NCBI GenBank assembly: GCA_965222655.1 | Contig: CBDCUP010000009.1 | Location: 391,991-455,990, forward strand | Length of the DNA stretch: 64,000 nucleotides | Direction of reading: 5' to 3' | Source of the DNA: Acidobacteriota bacterium | GTDB lineage: Bacteria; Acidobacteriota; UBA6911; RPQK01; JAJDTT01 | In this document: positions 1-9,993 of the stretch, one piece after another | Numbering within the stretch: position 1 is the stretch's first letter | How the letters are laid out: every line of letters starts with the position of its first letter | Made by a program: the position numbers and the translations under genes | Notes under the pieces: generated by a model | Databases searched by the model: none | Told to the model about the DNA's origin: nothing | The model's input: the letters and a program-made list of their open reading frames with translations, nothing else

Positions 1-680
1 GAGGCACCTTCATAACTGTGAGGATAACAATAGATGGGTAGACCTCGCTCAAAGCAGGGCCGATGAGAATCAAGAGAGAAGTCCAAGTAGTTACAAACAT
101 AAAGATCTACATAGCCGTCCCGGTCATAGTCAGCAAAAGCGGCACTTGTGCTCCAGCGCCCATCCCCCACCCCTGCTCGGCCTGTCACATCCGCAAATGT
201 CCCATCCCCATTATTATAGTAGAGCACGTTCGGACCCAGGTTGGTGATATACATATCTACGAATCCATCGTTATCCACGTCAGCAAAAGCGCAACCCATT
301 CCGTAAGAATTGCCTTCGACTCCCGCTTCGCGTGTCACGTCGGTGAAGGTTCCATCTTGATTGTTTCGATAGAGTCTATTGATGGGCCGCTGCTTTGAAG
401 CTATTTTCAGAGATCCACCAGGGATTAGGTATATGTCAAGCCATCCGTCATTGTTATAGTCCAAAAAACCTCCACCGGATCCCATCGTCTCCACGATGTA
501 TTTTTCAGGGCTCGCATTACTCTCGTGCACGAACTTAACGCCGACTTCTCGACTCACGTCACGGAAAGGAGGAGCGAAAGTGAAGTGCGAGATACTAGAT
601 CCTGTGATGAACGTCAAACAAACACCCAGCAATGCTAATGCGAACAAACGATAAAATAGTGTGGAACGACCATCGGACAT
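1..680 (-). CDS. FG-GAP / ASPIC-UnbV (CRTAC1-like) repeat protein, N-terminal part with signal peptide; gene continues beyond window start
   Basis: Minus-strand translation from ATG at 680: MSDGRSTLFYRLFALALLGVCL... followed by repeated DxDxDGxxD/Y..N.GDGTF motifs typical of FG-GAP/UnbV repeats. Confidence 0.7.
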   Translation of the reverse strand, partial: MSDGRSTLFYRLFALALLGVCLTFITGSSISHFTFAPPFRDVSREVGVKFVHESNASPEKYIVETMGSGGGFLDYNNDGWLDIYLIPGGSLKIASKQRPINRLYRNNQDGTFTDVTREAGVEGNSYGMGCAFADVDNDGFVDMYITNLGPNVLYYNNGDGTFADVTGRAGVGDGRWSTSAAFADYDRDGYVDLYVCNYLDFSLDSHRPCFERGLPIYCYPHSYEGA

Positions 681-916
681 AATCAACCACCCGTCAGATG
701 CCCGACCAACCGCATTCGACATTCCCCCAAGGAATTCTGTTTCTAGACGGCGGCCCGACTGATCCCTTACGCCCGACTGATCCCTTACGCGCATTATTCC
801 CAGATCGGCTCGTCCTGGACACGAGGATATAGCCGATCAAAGGCTCCGCTCCCATCATCATCCAATACTTCCAGTCTCATCCCGGGCAAGTAGCCTTGAT
901 CCTCTCCCCGTAAAAA

Positions 917-2167
917 TCAACGCTCCAGATCCCGTTCGTCGGCGGCATAGAAGTGACGCCGACCATCGGCAAAGCAAACGGCGAAGATCTGGCGTCGTTC
1001 GTTTTGCGGCAATACCCTACTGTGACGGAGGATTTCAGTTTCGTCCAACGAAACTCCCAGGCCAGGAGCTGTAGGAACATTCACAAAACCGGCCGCTACC
1101 GAAAATGACTCCTTCACGAGAGTAGACTCAAAGATGAGGTGAAGGGTAATGGCAGGCAATGTCGCCGTTGGTATCACCGATGCCAAGTGCAGTGTGAACG
1201 CAGTCTTAGGTCCCATGCCCACAAGTTGCAAAAAACAGGGAAGGTTGAGCTGTTGGAGCAAGCACCCAACCTTGATCATCTGCCCAATTGTCCCACTAAG
1301 AACGAATCCGTCCACTAAGCTCTCTCCTAACCCAGGTCCTTCCGGTATTAAGGCAACTCCATTCTGAACTTGGATGGATTCAACCAAAAGATCACTGACG
1401 CGCAGGTTCTGATTGATGGTAGCAGGTAAGTCAGCGGAAGGTAACACGGCCATTAGATGAAGAGCAACGGCCGCTTGGAAGCCGCAGCCAACAGCTTCGA
1501 TGCTACAGGGCAAGTTGAACAACTCACAGATCGCTCCCACGTTAAGCATTTCACCGATCGTGCTCCTCAGAACAAATCCGTCGGCCGCTCTACTCAGCAC
1601 TGCTTCCATTCCACTCTGGCGTCCACGCGGGGAGCATCCTGTGGGGCTAAGCCAGTGGAGTAAGATAGGAAAATCAACCAGCCTGCGCAGCTGGCTTAAT
1701 CCACGCAAGTCAAACCCGAGGATCGGCTGCTCGATCCGGATGAGTTTCGGAAACCCTTCTAGACGTCGCAGGACCGGCAAAGCTTTTTGGACAGACCTCA
1801 GGTGACGATCCAGATCTATCTCGATCGTGTAATCGGGTGGCGACACCTCCGAAATAGCCGCGACTTGGGCTACTGGATCAAACCAGGGTCGCCCTTTGAT
1901 CTTAATCAAGAGATAACCCATGCGAAGGCTATGTCTCACCTCCTCTGCTAACCCATGCGGATCGAAATCATGTACAAAATATCCAACTTTGCCGTGATTT
2001 CGCACCTTTGGTCCTAGCAACTTGTAGGCAGCGACATCTAAATATTTCCCCATCAGGTCATACATCGCAATCCCCAGAGTCAGATCATGTGGATCGCGGA
2101 TGAAATCGAAGGGATTGCGACCTGAACTTGGAGCGGACATCCTCATATCCATCGCTGTAACCGACAA
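917..2167 (-). CDS. Enolase-superfamily (mandelate racemase/muconate lactonizing-like) barrel protein lacking the N-terminal capping domain and carrying an internal ~95-aa tandem duplication; possibly degenerate
   Basis: KIKGRPWFDP...IEIDLD...IRIEQP barrel motifs; C-terminal PGLG segment present twice; no ATG start (tool used TTG); general-base positions not conserved. Confidence 0.45.
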   Translation of the reverse strand: MSVTAMDMRMSAPSSGRNPFDFIRDPHDLTLGIAMYDLMGKYLDVAAYKLLGPKVRNHGKVGYFVHDFDPHGLAEEVRHSLRMGYLLIKIKGRPWFDPVAQVAAISEVSPPDYTIEIDLDRHLRSVQKALPVLRRLEGFPKLIRIEQPILGFDLRGLSQLRRLVDFPILLHWLSPTGCSPRGRQSGMEAVLSRAADGFVLRSTIGEMLNVGAICELFNLPCSIEAVGCGFQAAVALHLMAVLPSADLPATINQNLRVSDLLVESIQVQNGVALIPEGPGLGESLVDGFVLSGTIGQMIKVGCLLQQLNLPCFLQLVGMGPKTAFTLHLASVIPTATLPAITLHLIFESTLVKESFSVAAGFVNVPTAPGLGVSLDETEILRHSRVLPQNERRQIFAVCFADGRRHFYAADERDLER

Positions 2168-2205
2168 GTCCCGTATCAGTGGTAACTCGGTAGAGAAATA
2201 TGCGA

Positions 2206-2637
2206 TTAGTGTGATCGAAACGCTGTAGATCGTGAGCCCTCCGCTGCGGCAGCCACGTCTTTCAGAAAAGGTACAATGTCACCATCACGTACTTCCATCC
2301 AAAATGGAAAGGCGACCTGGATCGCATTCGCTCCCAATTCTCGAGCGTAGGCGGCTCGACGTATTACCCCGAGAGTATAGGTCGAACTGCAACCGATCAT
2401 CACGGGCTTACCCCATTTTTTGCACTCGTCGACGGTCGCCCGCGCGACGGCCTTGAACTCGTCCAACTCCATCGCGTAAAATTCGCCGGTGGTTCCTCCA
2501 GTGTAGACTCCGGGTACATTCACCTTACAGCAATTCGCTACGTTGATACGGTAAGCTTTCTCATCGAATGTATCGTCATCGCTCCACGCGACCGGCAAGC
2601 CGGCCCACGGCCCGGTCATGGTCTCTCGAGTCAGCAT
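2206..2637 (-). pseudogene. DapA/DHDPS-family (class I aldolase) N-terminal fragment, about 143 of about 300 aa
   Basis: GVYTGGTTGEFYAMELDEFK...AFPFW matches the GTTGE and PYY region of DHDPS/NAL family; catalytic Lys/Tyr region missing; stop at 2206 overlaps the out-of-frame enolase-like ORF. Confidence 0.5.
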
Positions 2638-3005
2638 ACTGATTTTTTCATCTTAACAGTCTCGGAATTTCAATCAAGTGAGCTGTTCTCTGAGACCGCC
2701 CTTTCGTCACAGCCGGGGTGTCCCGAAACAGCCTTTTACGGCCTTGGCCGTCGGCACGAAGTGCCTACTTAAAGCAGGGGGGGAAGCAATTGTCCAAACC
2801 GTGTAGGCCTGGGAAGCCTGCCTTTCCACTTTTCCATCAGGCCCAATTTTTCTTTCTTTTTTGTTTCTTTTTTTGTAACTACTCAGGTAGCACCACCATG
2901 ATGCTGCCTGCGAATCAAGAGTAGCTTACCCCCCCCGAAAGCAACAGAAAAAAACCGAGTTTTTTCGCTGGACTCGGACGGGGTTCGTGGGGTATGGTGT
3001 GAACC

Positions 3006-3884
3006 ATGGCAGGCGTCATGGTCACGCAAGGACGGGAACTGCGCGCCGCAGACATCGACCTGATCCAAGGTCTGATGGCGGAACATCCGGACTGGGGCAG
3101 AACCCGGCTGAGCGAGGAACTCTGCCGGCGGTGGGACTGGCGCAACGCCCAGGGCCGCTTCAAGGATATGGCGGCCCGCACGCTGCTGCTGAAGTTGGAA
3201 CGTGGCGGCCTCATCCGACTGCCGAGGCGCCAGCGACCTTCGTCCAACGGGTTGCGGAACCGCCAGGCGCCCCTGGTGGCTCATGCGACCGAACCGATCC
3301 GTGACGCGTTGGGCGACCTACGACCGCTGAGGCTGAGCGTGGTGGAGTCGGGCTCCGCAGACCTGCAGCTGTTCAACTGCCTGCTCCGCCGCTACCACTA
3401 CCTCGGCCACCGCAACACGGTGGGCGAGAACCTCCGCTATCTGGCACGCGACCGCGCCGGCCGGGCGTTGGGCTGCGCGCTGTTCGGATCGGCCGCGTGG
3501 AAGTGAGCCGCGCGCGATGCCTTCATCGGATGGGAACGCCGGGCGCGGGAACACAACCTCTCGCGCTTGACCAACAACACGCGCTTTCTGGTCTTGCCCT
3601 GGGTCACGGTGCCGCACCTGGCCAGCCACCTGCTCGGGTCTATCGGCCGACAGATTCGCGCCGACTGGCAGAGCAAGTATGGCCATCCGGTTGATGCGCT
3701 GGAAACCTTCGTGGATCGCAGCCGCTTCCGGGGAACCTGCTACCGGGCGGCCAACTGGGTGCCCCTCGGCGCGACGCAGGGGCGGAGCCGCAACGACCGG
3801 GACCATGGCATCCGCGTCTCCATCAAGGAGGTCTACCTCTACCCCTTGATCCAGGACTTCCGCCGGGAGTTGTGCGCATGCTGA
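3006..3884 (+). pseudogene. DUF4338-like accessory ORF, interrupted by an in-frame TGA at 3504-3506
   Basis: Same frame before and after the TGA; motifs RYHYLG, FLVLPWV, CYRAANW shared with the intact paralogue at 8818-9720 (AAWK*AARD here vs AAWRIAARD there). Confidence 0.55.
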
Positions 3885-5341
3885 CGCGCGAAGAGGCACT
3901 GGCCATCTACCAGGCGGGGCCACAGACCGTGGTGCGGGTGTTCTTGGAGATGGACGCGCGTATCCACGCGCTGGAGCAACGCGTCGAGGAGTTGCAGGCG
4001 CAAGTCCAGCCGCTTCAAGATCAACTGGCCCAGAACTCGCGCAACAGCAGCAAGCCGCCCTCCAGCGATGGGCTCCACAAACCTTCGCCCAAGAGCCTTC
4101 GCCAGAAAGGCCGTCGCCAATCGGGCGGACAGCCCGGACATAAGGGGCACACGCTCCAGAGGGTCGAGAAGCCTGATCGTACCGAAGTCCACCGCGTGGA
4201 CGCGTGCGAGTGCTGCGGTCGTCCGCTGGGCGATCAGCCACCCGAGCAGGTCGAGAAACGACAAGTCCACGACCTGCCCCCCAGGCAGAGGGTGGTCACC
4301 GAGCATCAGGCCGAAATCAAACTCTGCTCCTGCGGCCACCGGAACCAAGGGGCCTTCCCCGCCGGGGTCAACGCCCCGGTGCAATACGGTCCCTGCGCCC
4401 GGGCCGCGGCCGTCTATTTGAACAACTCTCAGTTCCTGCCCTATGAGCGCACCTGCCAGCTGCTGGACGATCTGTTCGCCTGCCCCATGAGCGAAGGAAC
4501 CCTGGCCAACCTCATTGCCGAGTGCCAGCAGCGGCTGGAAGATCCCGTGGCTCGAATCAAGCAGCAGATCGCACAGGCCCCGGTCGCGCATTTTGATGAG
4601 AGCGGCTCACGGGTGGAGGGCAAACTCTGGTGGTTGCATGCGGCCTCCACACCCAACGCCCCCTATTACGCGATCCATCGCAAACGCGGCTCGGAAGCTC
4701 TCGATGCCATCCACATCCTGCCCCAGTTCCTCGGACGAGCCCTTCACGACTCTTGGAAACCCTACTTCGGCTACTCCTGTCTGCATGGATTGTGCAACGC
4801 TCACCATCTGCGCGAGTTGATCTTCGTGCACGAGCAGCACCAACAGGACTGGGCCGATCAGATGATCGACTGCCTTCTGGATATCAAACAGGCGGTCGAT
4901 CAGGCCGCACCGACCGCTGACCGTCTCCCTGAAAAACAGATCCAGGCATGGGAAGCCCGTTATCAGCAGATCCTGGAGGAAGGCTTTGCTCACAACCCGT
5001 TGTCACCGCGACCTGCCAACGCCCAGAAGAAACGAGGAAGGCGCAAAAAAACCAAACCTCGCAACCTGCTCGAACGCCTGGACCAACACCGCCAAGAAGC
5101 CTTGGCCTTCATGTACGATTTCAACGTCCCCTTCGATAACAACCTGGTCGAAAGGGACATTCGCATGATGAAGGTGCAACAGAAGATTTCCGGCACATTC
5201 CGAAGCGAAGCCGGCGCGAAGGCTTTCTGTACTATTCGAAGCTACCTCTCCACCGCCCGCAAGAACGCCGTGGGCGCCATTGACGCTCTGGCCCGCGTCT
5301 TCAGCGGCGACCCGTTCGTGCCGACCCTCGACTCCTCGTAG
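3878..5341 (+). CDS. tnpC: IS66 family transposase (TnpC type)
   Basis: Leucine-zipper N-terminus, SSKPPSSDG, CxxC...CxCG zinc finger, HFDESG, NAHHLREL, NNLVERDIR motifs; start overlaps upstream ORF stop. Confidence 0.85.
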   Translation: MLTREEALAIYQAGPQTVVRVFLEMDARIHALEQRVEELQAQVQPLQDQLAQNSRNSSKPPSSDGLHKPSPKSLRQKGRRQSGGQPGHKGHTLQRVEKPDRTEVHRVDACECCGRPLGDQPPEQVEKRQVHDLPPRQRVVTEHQAEIKLCSCGHRNQGAFPAGVNAPVQYGPCARAAAVYLNNSQFLPYERTCQLLDDLFACPMSEGTLANLIAECQQRLEDPVARIKQQIAQAPVAHFDESGSRVEGKLWWLHAASTPNAPYYAIHRKRGSEALDAIHILPQFLGRALHDSWKPYFGYSCLHGLCNAHHLRELIFVHEQHQQDWADQMIDCLLDIKQAVDQAAPTADRLPEKQIQAWEARYQQILEEGFAHNPLSPRPANAQKKRGRRKKTKPRNLLERLDQHRQEALAFMYDFNVPFDNNLVERDIRMMKVQQKISGTFRSEAGAKAFCTIRSYLSTARKNAVGAIDALARVFSGDPFVPTLDSS

Positions 5342-5516
5342 CCGACCCTGCTCGTGCCCCATCAGACCGGCTCCGCCTGGATGCGCGATTATGAGTTCGA
5401 ATAGGAATAGGTAACCGGAAACCGCCTTGCACAAATCCTGTTCATCCTGTAAATCCTGTCAGCCATTGACCTGAGTAGTTACCTTTTTTTAAGCATTTAG
5501 ACTTTCCCACAGGTCC

Positions 5517-7006
5517 TTACGCGGCCTGGTGGCTTTGCCGATTCAAAAGATTACCCTTCTGGTCATAGCGCCCCAGAAGATGCGGTCCATAGTGCAGGCT
5601 CAAAGTACCGTCCAAGTGCTCGCAGACCAGGACCCGGCAACCTCCCATGCTGTAGCGAAACTTCTGAGGCTCAATCTGCAAGGTATGCTTGTAGTAGGTC
5701 ACGGTGTTGTCGTGATCCACCACCCGCTGCTCGTGCCGAGAGAAGATCTTTTCCAGATCCGCCCCGTCAGCAGGGACGAAAGCCGTTCCTGGCTGCTCGG
5801 CCGGCACGGTAAATCGTTTATTGTGAAACGGGATCCAATAATCGTGAAGAAACGGTTGGCTTCCTCTAACGTTGGTAAGATCGTTCAAGCGCAGTTCCTG
5901 GGGCAGCCTCCCTTGCCAGGTTCCATACAGCCGCTCGCAGCGGCCTCGGGCTTGAGGGGAGTTGGCGACAATCAGCTCGATGCCCAGCTGCTCCAGGGCT
6001 CTGGCGATCTGGGTTCGGTGGCTACGATCCGGTGGACCTCCCGCTTTCGGAGTGTAGACCAGATGAGAGGCCCGATCCCCATTGGTGCAGCGCCGTCAAC
6101 GCCTGGTTCCATTTCGTTTCCAGCTCGCCCCGCTTTGCCTTCGAGAGCGCTCCTTGTAAAGGAGGTGGTCAAGAAAAAAGGCATCTTCTGTCAGCGAGGT
6201 CTTGATCCGCCGCTCCTCTCGGCCAGAGTGTCCCAGCCTCGGCTCTGCGGATTCACCAGCAAACGCGAGAGCCGCACCTTCGCCTCCACCTTCCCTTTCT
6301 CTTGCGCCTGGCCCGCCCGGCAGGCATCAATGTGAAACCCGACCGAGCGGGCGTAGGCCCGGTACAGCGGATGGATCACTCCCCAGGGCCCGCTTCCGGA
6401 CACCACGGCCGTCTTGACGTTGTCAATCCGGTTGACCGCCGCTACCCCCTTCAAACGGCGGAAGCTCTCGTTGTGGCAGTGCAGCCAGGAGAGTTGATCC
6501 TGCCGCCGGCTCCACACAATGGCTGGCCAGCGGCTGTGAGAGAGGACCATGACAAAGGCCGACAGGGACTCGAACTCTCCACCGATCACCACCGATGGAT
6601 ACTCGGCCCAATCGGTTTGGCTCTGGGCTCCCGCTGGCGTCTCCACCCGTCGCCAGGTCCTCACTTTGGGCCTCGGCCAATGCCGACGCACATAGCGCAG
6701 GACCGATCGATAGGATCCGTCATAAGCCCACTCGTAAAGCAGATGCTCGTACAACTCCCGCACGTTGACGGGACGTTTCCGTCCTTGACGCCCTTCCATC
6801 CAGCACCCGATCACTCTCTCCATCGCCTCGGCCTTGAAGGGCTTGTCCTCTCGCCCGTCCCTGCACCCGGCTGCGGCTCGCTTCAGGTGGTAGCGCACGG
6901 TCCCTTCACTCACTCCCAGGGTCCGAGCGATCTCACAGTGATTCTTTCCCTTGGACGCTAAAACTCCAATCGTCACCACTTCCTCCTCACTGAGGCGTAC
7001 CGGCAT
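5517..7006 (-). pseudogene. IS21-family IstA-like transposase remnant, frame broken between 5888 and 6191; no istB
   Basis: HTH N-terminus, QTDWAEY...SAFVMVLSHSRW rve/DDE region (6191-7006) and C-terminal piece (5517-5888) in different frames. Confidence 0.5.
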
Positions 7007-7257
7007 CCCTGACCTCCCTTCAATCAGGGAGCATCGGGGATGACTCTGACGCCTCCTTTGGGGAAGGGTCGTAAGACTTCGCGTCCCCTAAGAAATCAAT
7101 TGGGTGCGGCTCTTTTAGAACAGGCGATTCTGGTGCCGTCGAACGCAAGATGGACCTCTCTTACTATGGGAGCGGCGAAGGCATTTTGGGGTTGGGTAGT
7201 TGGGTGGGGCAGAACAATCTGACACGGAAGACCGACCGATTGGACTTCTGGATCTTC

Positions 7258-8814
7258 TTACTTCACCCGCTTCAGGTGAGAGCGCGTGGGGCCGCGCACA
7301 GGGACCAGCTCGCCGTCCGCGTAGCGCGCGGCATGGTTTCTGAGCGACTCCTGCCGCTCGTGAAAGCGCCAATAGGCGTCGAAGTCTCCGCTGGCCTGCA
7401 GCGCACGCAGGCGTAAGACCGCCTCAGCCCCCGCCAGAGACCAGCGCGCCCCGGTCACCTCCATCCGATCTTTGACCAGGTAACGGCAGGCCCCCTCGAT
7501 GACACCGGTGGCAATCGGGAACCCCCTCGCCAGATAGGTGTCATACTTCAGATACTCCGCATTTTTGAGCAGATAGTTGGCGCAGCGATCCACCGCTTCG
7601 CGCGCCTTGCCCGCCAGGCCCCGACGGGTCGCACTGCGACGGATTCCGCCCGCCACATAGCCACTGCGCCCGCGCAGAATACTCAGTAGGTGCTCGCCCA
7701 CCCAGCCCTCCAGCTTCGGGTTGACTTCCCCGTGCAGAGCCATGCCGGCCTTCCACACGTACTCGCTCACGTGGATGAAGTCCAGCACGATCGTGGGCGC
7801 CGCCCTGGCGGATCGGTGCAAACACCGCAGCAGCGTCTTCAGCTGACTCCGATGGCCGTCGACCAGCACCACCCAACTCTTGCGCCCCGTGGGATCCCGC
7901 GAGCGGGCTTCTCCGAGGGCTTGCTCGATGACCTCTTCGGGACGCTTCTCCAAGCTCGCCCACAGCCGTTTGTGCTGGGGCCGCGGTCGCTTCCCTTCCT
8001 CCCGCTGCGGCTGCGGGGCCAGGACCCGCATCACCTCCTCCGGCCGCCGCACCTGAGGCGCGAGGGTGTACACCGCCGCGACCGTTGCCATCCGCTTGGC
8101 GTGGCGCTTTTCGCCCTTGCTCAACCGCTTCTGCAACTTGTGCTCGCTCGCTTCCGCCCGCTGCCGCGTCGCCTCCCGCAGATCCTCACGACGCAGCACC
8201 ACTCCTTTGCCGTCCACCGAGATCGCCAAGATCGACCCCGACTCGCTCGGAGCCAACGCTCCCGCTTGTCGCTCCTGATAGAAGGCATCGAAGTCCTGGG
8301 CGGCACGGCCCACTAGCTCCTCCACCTGACGCTTGCCCACCTGCGCCCCCGTGGTTTTCGACAGCGCCTCCACGACTTTGTCGAACGACCCCTCGGCGGC
8401 TTCCTCCGCCGCCCGCCGCCGCACCTGGTGCGAGTACAACTCCGGCGGGAGGTTCAGATCCGCATCCAGTGGGTGCAGGCTCTGGAGCCCCTCTCCCCCG
8501 TAGCCGAGCCGCTCCACCCGAACCTCTCCAAAGACCGTTTCCAGCCCCCGTTGCTGCCGCCGGCGCTGTTGCCGCACCTGCCCTTCCGAATCCCGCACCG
8601 CAGCGGCCGCTTCACCCGGAGCCCGCAGCTCCAGGTGCGCCTGGTAGAACCGTCGCAGCAGCTCCCGCCCCTGCTGCTCCAGCTCTCGCTCCAACTCGCT
8701 GTGCGTCTTCCTATGGGCCTCGTCGGACATCAGAAAGGCCTCCATCTGGGCAAACTGCTCCCGCGCCGCCGCGAACTCATCCTCGGGCTGTAACTGGGCG
8801 GCTACCGCTCGCAA
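7258..8814 (-). CDS. DDE transposase, ISKra4-like family
   Basis: 518-aa ORF, C-terminal ATGVIEGACRYLVKDRME...ARWSLAGAEAVLRLRAL block typical of this transposase group; family assignment from memory. Confidence 0.6.
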   Translation of the reverse strand: MRAVAAQLQPEDEFAAAREQFAQMEAFLMSDEAHRKTHSELERELEQQGRELLRRFYQAHLELRAPGEAAAAVRDSEGQVRQQRRRQQRGLETVFGEVRVERLGYGGEGLQSLHPLDADLNLPPELYSHQVRRRAAEEAAEGSFDKVVEALSKTTGAQVGKRQVEELVGRAAQDFDAFYQERQAGALAPSESGSILAISVDGKGVVLRREDLREATRQRAEASEHKLQKRLSKGEKRHAKRMATVAAVYTLAPQVRRPEEVMRVLAPQPQREEGKRPRPQHKRLWASLEKRPEEVIEQALGEARSRDPTGRKSWVVLVDGHRSQLKTLLRCLHRSARAAPTIVLDFIHVSEYVWKAGMALHGEVNPKLEGWVGEHLLSILRGRSGYVAGGIRRSATRRGLAGKAREAVDRCANYLLKNAEYLKYDTYLARGFPIATGVIEGACRYLVKDRMEVTGARWSLAGAEAVLRLRALQASGDFDAYWRFHERQESLRNHAARYADGELVPVRGPTRSHLKRVK

Positions 8815-8817
8815 CTT

Positions 8818-9720
8818 CTAGCCCTCCCGCAAGCGTCGGGCCGCCTCCGCCACCAGCGGATACACCAGCACCCGTTTCGGCGCTGCCGCCTCGCTCCGCG
8901 CCAGCCGATCCTCTCGCTTCCCGCCCCGCGTGCTCCCCAGCTCGATCCAGTTCGCCCCCCGATAGCAGCTGCCCCGGTAGCGCTCCGGATCCACCAACGT
9001 CTCCACCAAAAACACCTCGACCCCGTAGCTCCGGGGCCAGTCCAGCGCCAGCTGCCGCACGGCCCGCGATAAGATCCGGCTCGCCAGGTTCTTGACCTGG
9101 ACCCAGGGCAACACTAAATAGCGACTGTTCGAGACCACGTGCACCAGCTGGCGCGTCCGCGCCTCCGCCTCCCATCCGATCCAGCGGTCGCGCGCCGCAA
9201 TCCGCCAGGCCGCGCTCGAAAACTGCACGCAGGCCACCACCCGCCCCGCCGGCTCCGAGGCGTAGACCAGGTAGCGCAGATGCGCCCCGAACGGCACCCG
9301 GTGGCCTAGATAGTGGTAGCGCCCCACCAGCTCCCGGAACAGCCCTCGTTGCTCCGGCGTCCGAACCGGCTGCAGCTGAATCTCGCCCAGGTCCCGGGCC
9401 GTGCCCACCAGCCGGGGACCCGGCTCTCCCCGCGCCGTCACCGGTACCCCGGTCGCTTTCCCCGGCGGCCGCCCCAGCCGCTTGGGGGGCAACACCAGCC
9501 CCCCCTGGCTCTCCAGCTTCTCCAGAAACTCCCGGCTCTCCCGCGCTTTCAGCGACCCCGTGCGGCGCTTCCACCCCAGCAACTCGCACACGGTGGCGGC
9601 CAGTTCCATCCGGCTCAGACCCCCACACGTCCCCACGATCTCCCGGATCAGGGCCTGCTCCGCTTTGCCCACCTCATGACCTAGGAATCGCGGCGCTTTG
9701 CTCTCCACACCCTCTGCCAC
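8818..9720 (-). CDS. DUF4338-like protein, intact accessory ORF of the ISKra4-like element
   Basis: RYHYLG, YLVLPWVQV, CYRGANW motifs; paralogue of 3006-3884. Confidence 0.6.
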   Translation of the reverse strand: MAEGVESKAPRFLGHEVGKAEQALIREIVGTCGGLSRMELAATVCELLGWKRRTGSLKARESREFLEKLESQGGLVLPPKRLGRPPGKATGVPVTARGEPGPRLVGTARDLGEIQLQPVRTPEQRGLFRELVGRYHYLGHRVPFGAHLRYLVYASEPAGRVVACVQFSSAAWRIAARDRWIGWEAEARTRQLVHVVSNSRYLVLPWVQVKNLASRILSRAVRQLALDWPRSYGVEVFLVETLVDPERYRGSCYRGANWIELGSTRGGKREDRLARSEAAAPKRVLVYPLVAEAARRLREG

Positions 9721-9993
9721 AAACCTACGCTAGCAAACCGACGCACAAATGTCCAGTGCTTTTTTCCCTCTTTCAATTTTTCATCGCACCGGGATTCCAC
9801 CGACTCACAGCGGGCAGAGTCTCAGGCCCGGCCCGGCGGCTATCCGAGCGCACCGCAATCCGACGCGTTTTAGCCGACTTATGCCCTTCGCCAAGCCTTA
9901 TCTCGCCCAAAAGCGCCACTCGCTACGATTCGGACCCGGCTAACCTATTGTCAATAAAGGATAATGGTTCGCTCTAAAAGAGCCGCACCCAAA

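Larger units (their letters stand above)
2875..5482 (+). mobile_element. IS66-family-like insertion element (2.6 kb) carrying a DUF4338-like ORF plus TnpC-type transposase
   Basis: Perfect 14-bp terminal inverted repeat GTAACTACTCAGGT (2875-2888) / ACCTGAGTAGTTAC (5469-5482), flanked by identical 8-bp direct repeat CTTTTTTT (2867-2874 and 5483-5490); 8-bp TSD is the IS66 hallmark. Confidence 0.75.

Noticed and set aside
8085-9095. 336-aa Pro/Ala-rich plus-strand ORF (and many similar 60-300 aa ORFs between 3000 and 9700)
   Set aside because: Lies antisense to or out of frame with well-supported transposase/DUF4338 genes in 65-70% GC DNA, where long stop-free antisense frames arise by chance; low-complexity PAPR composition.
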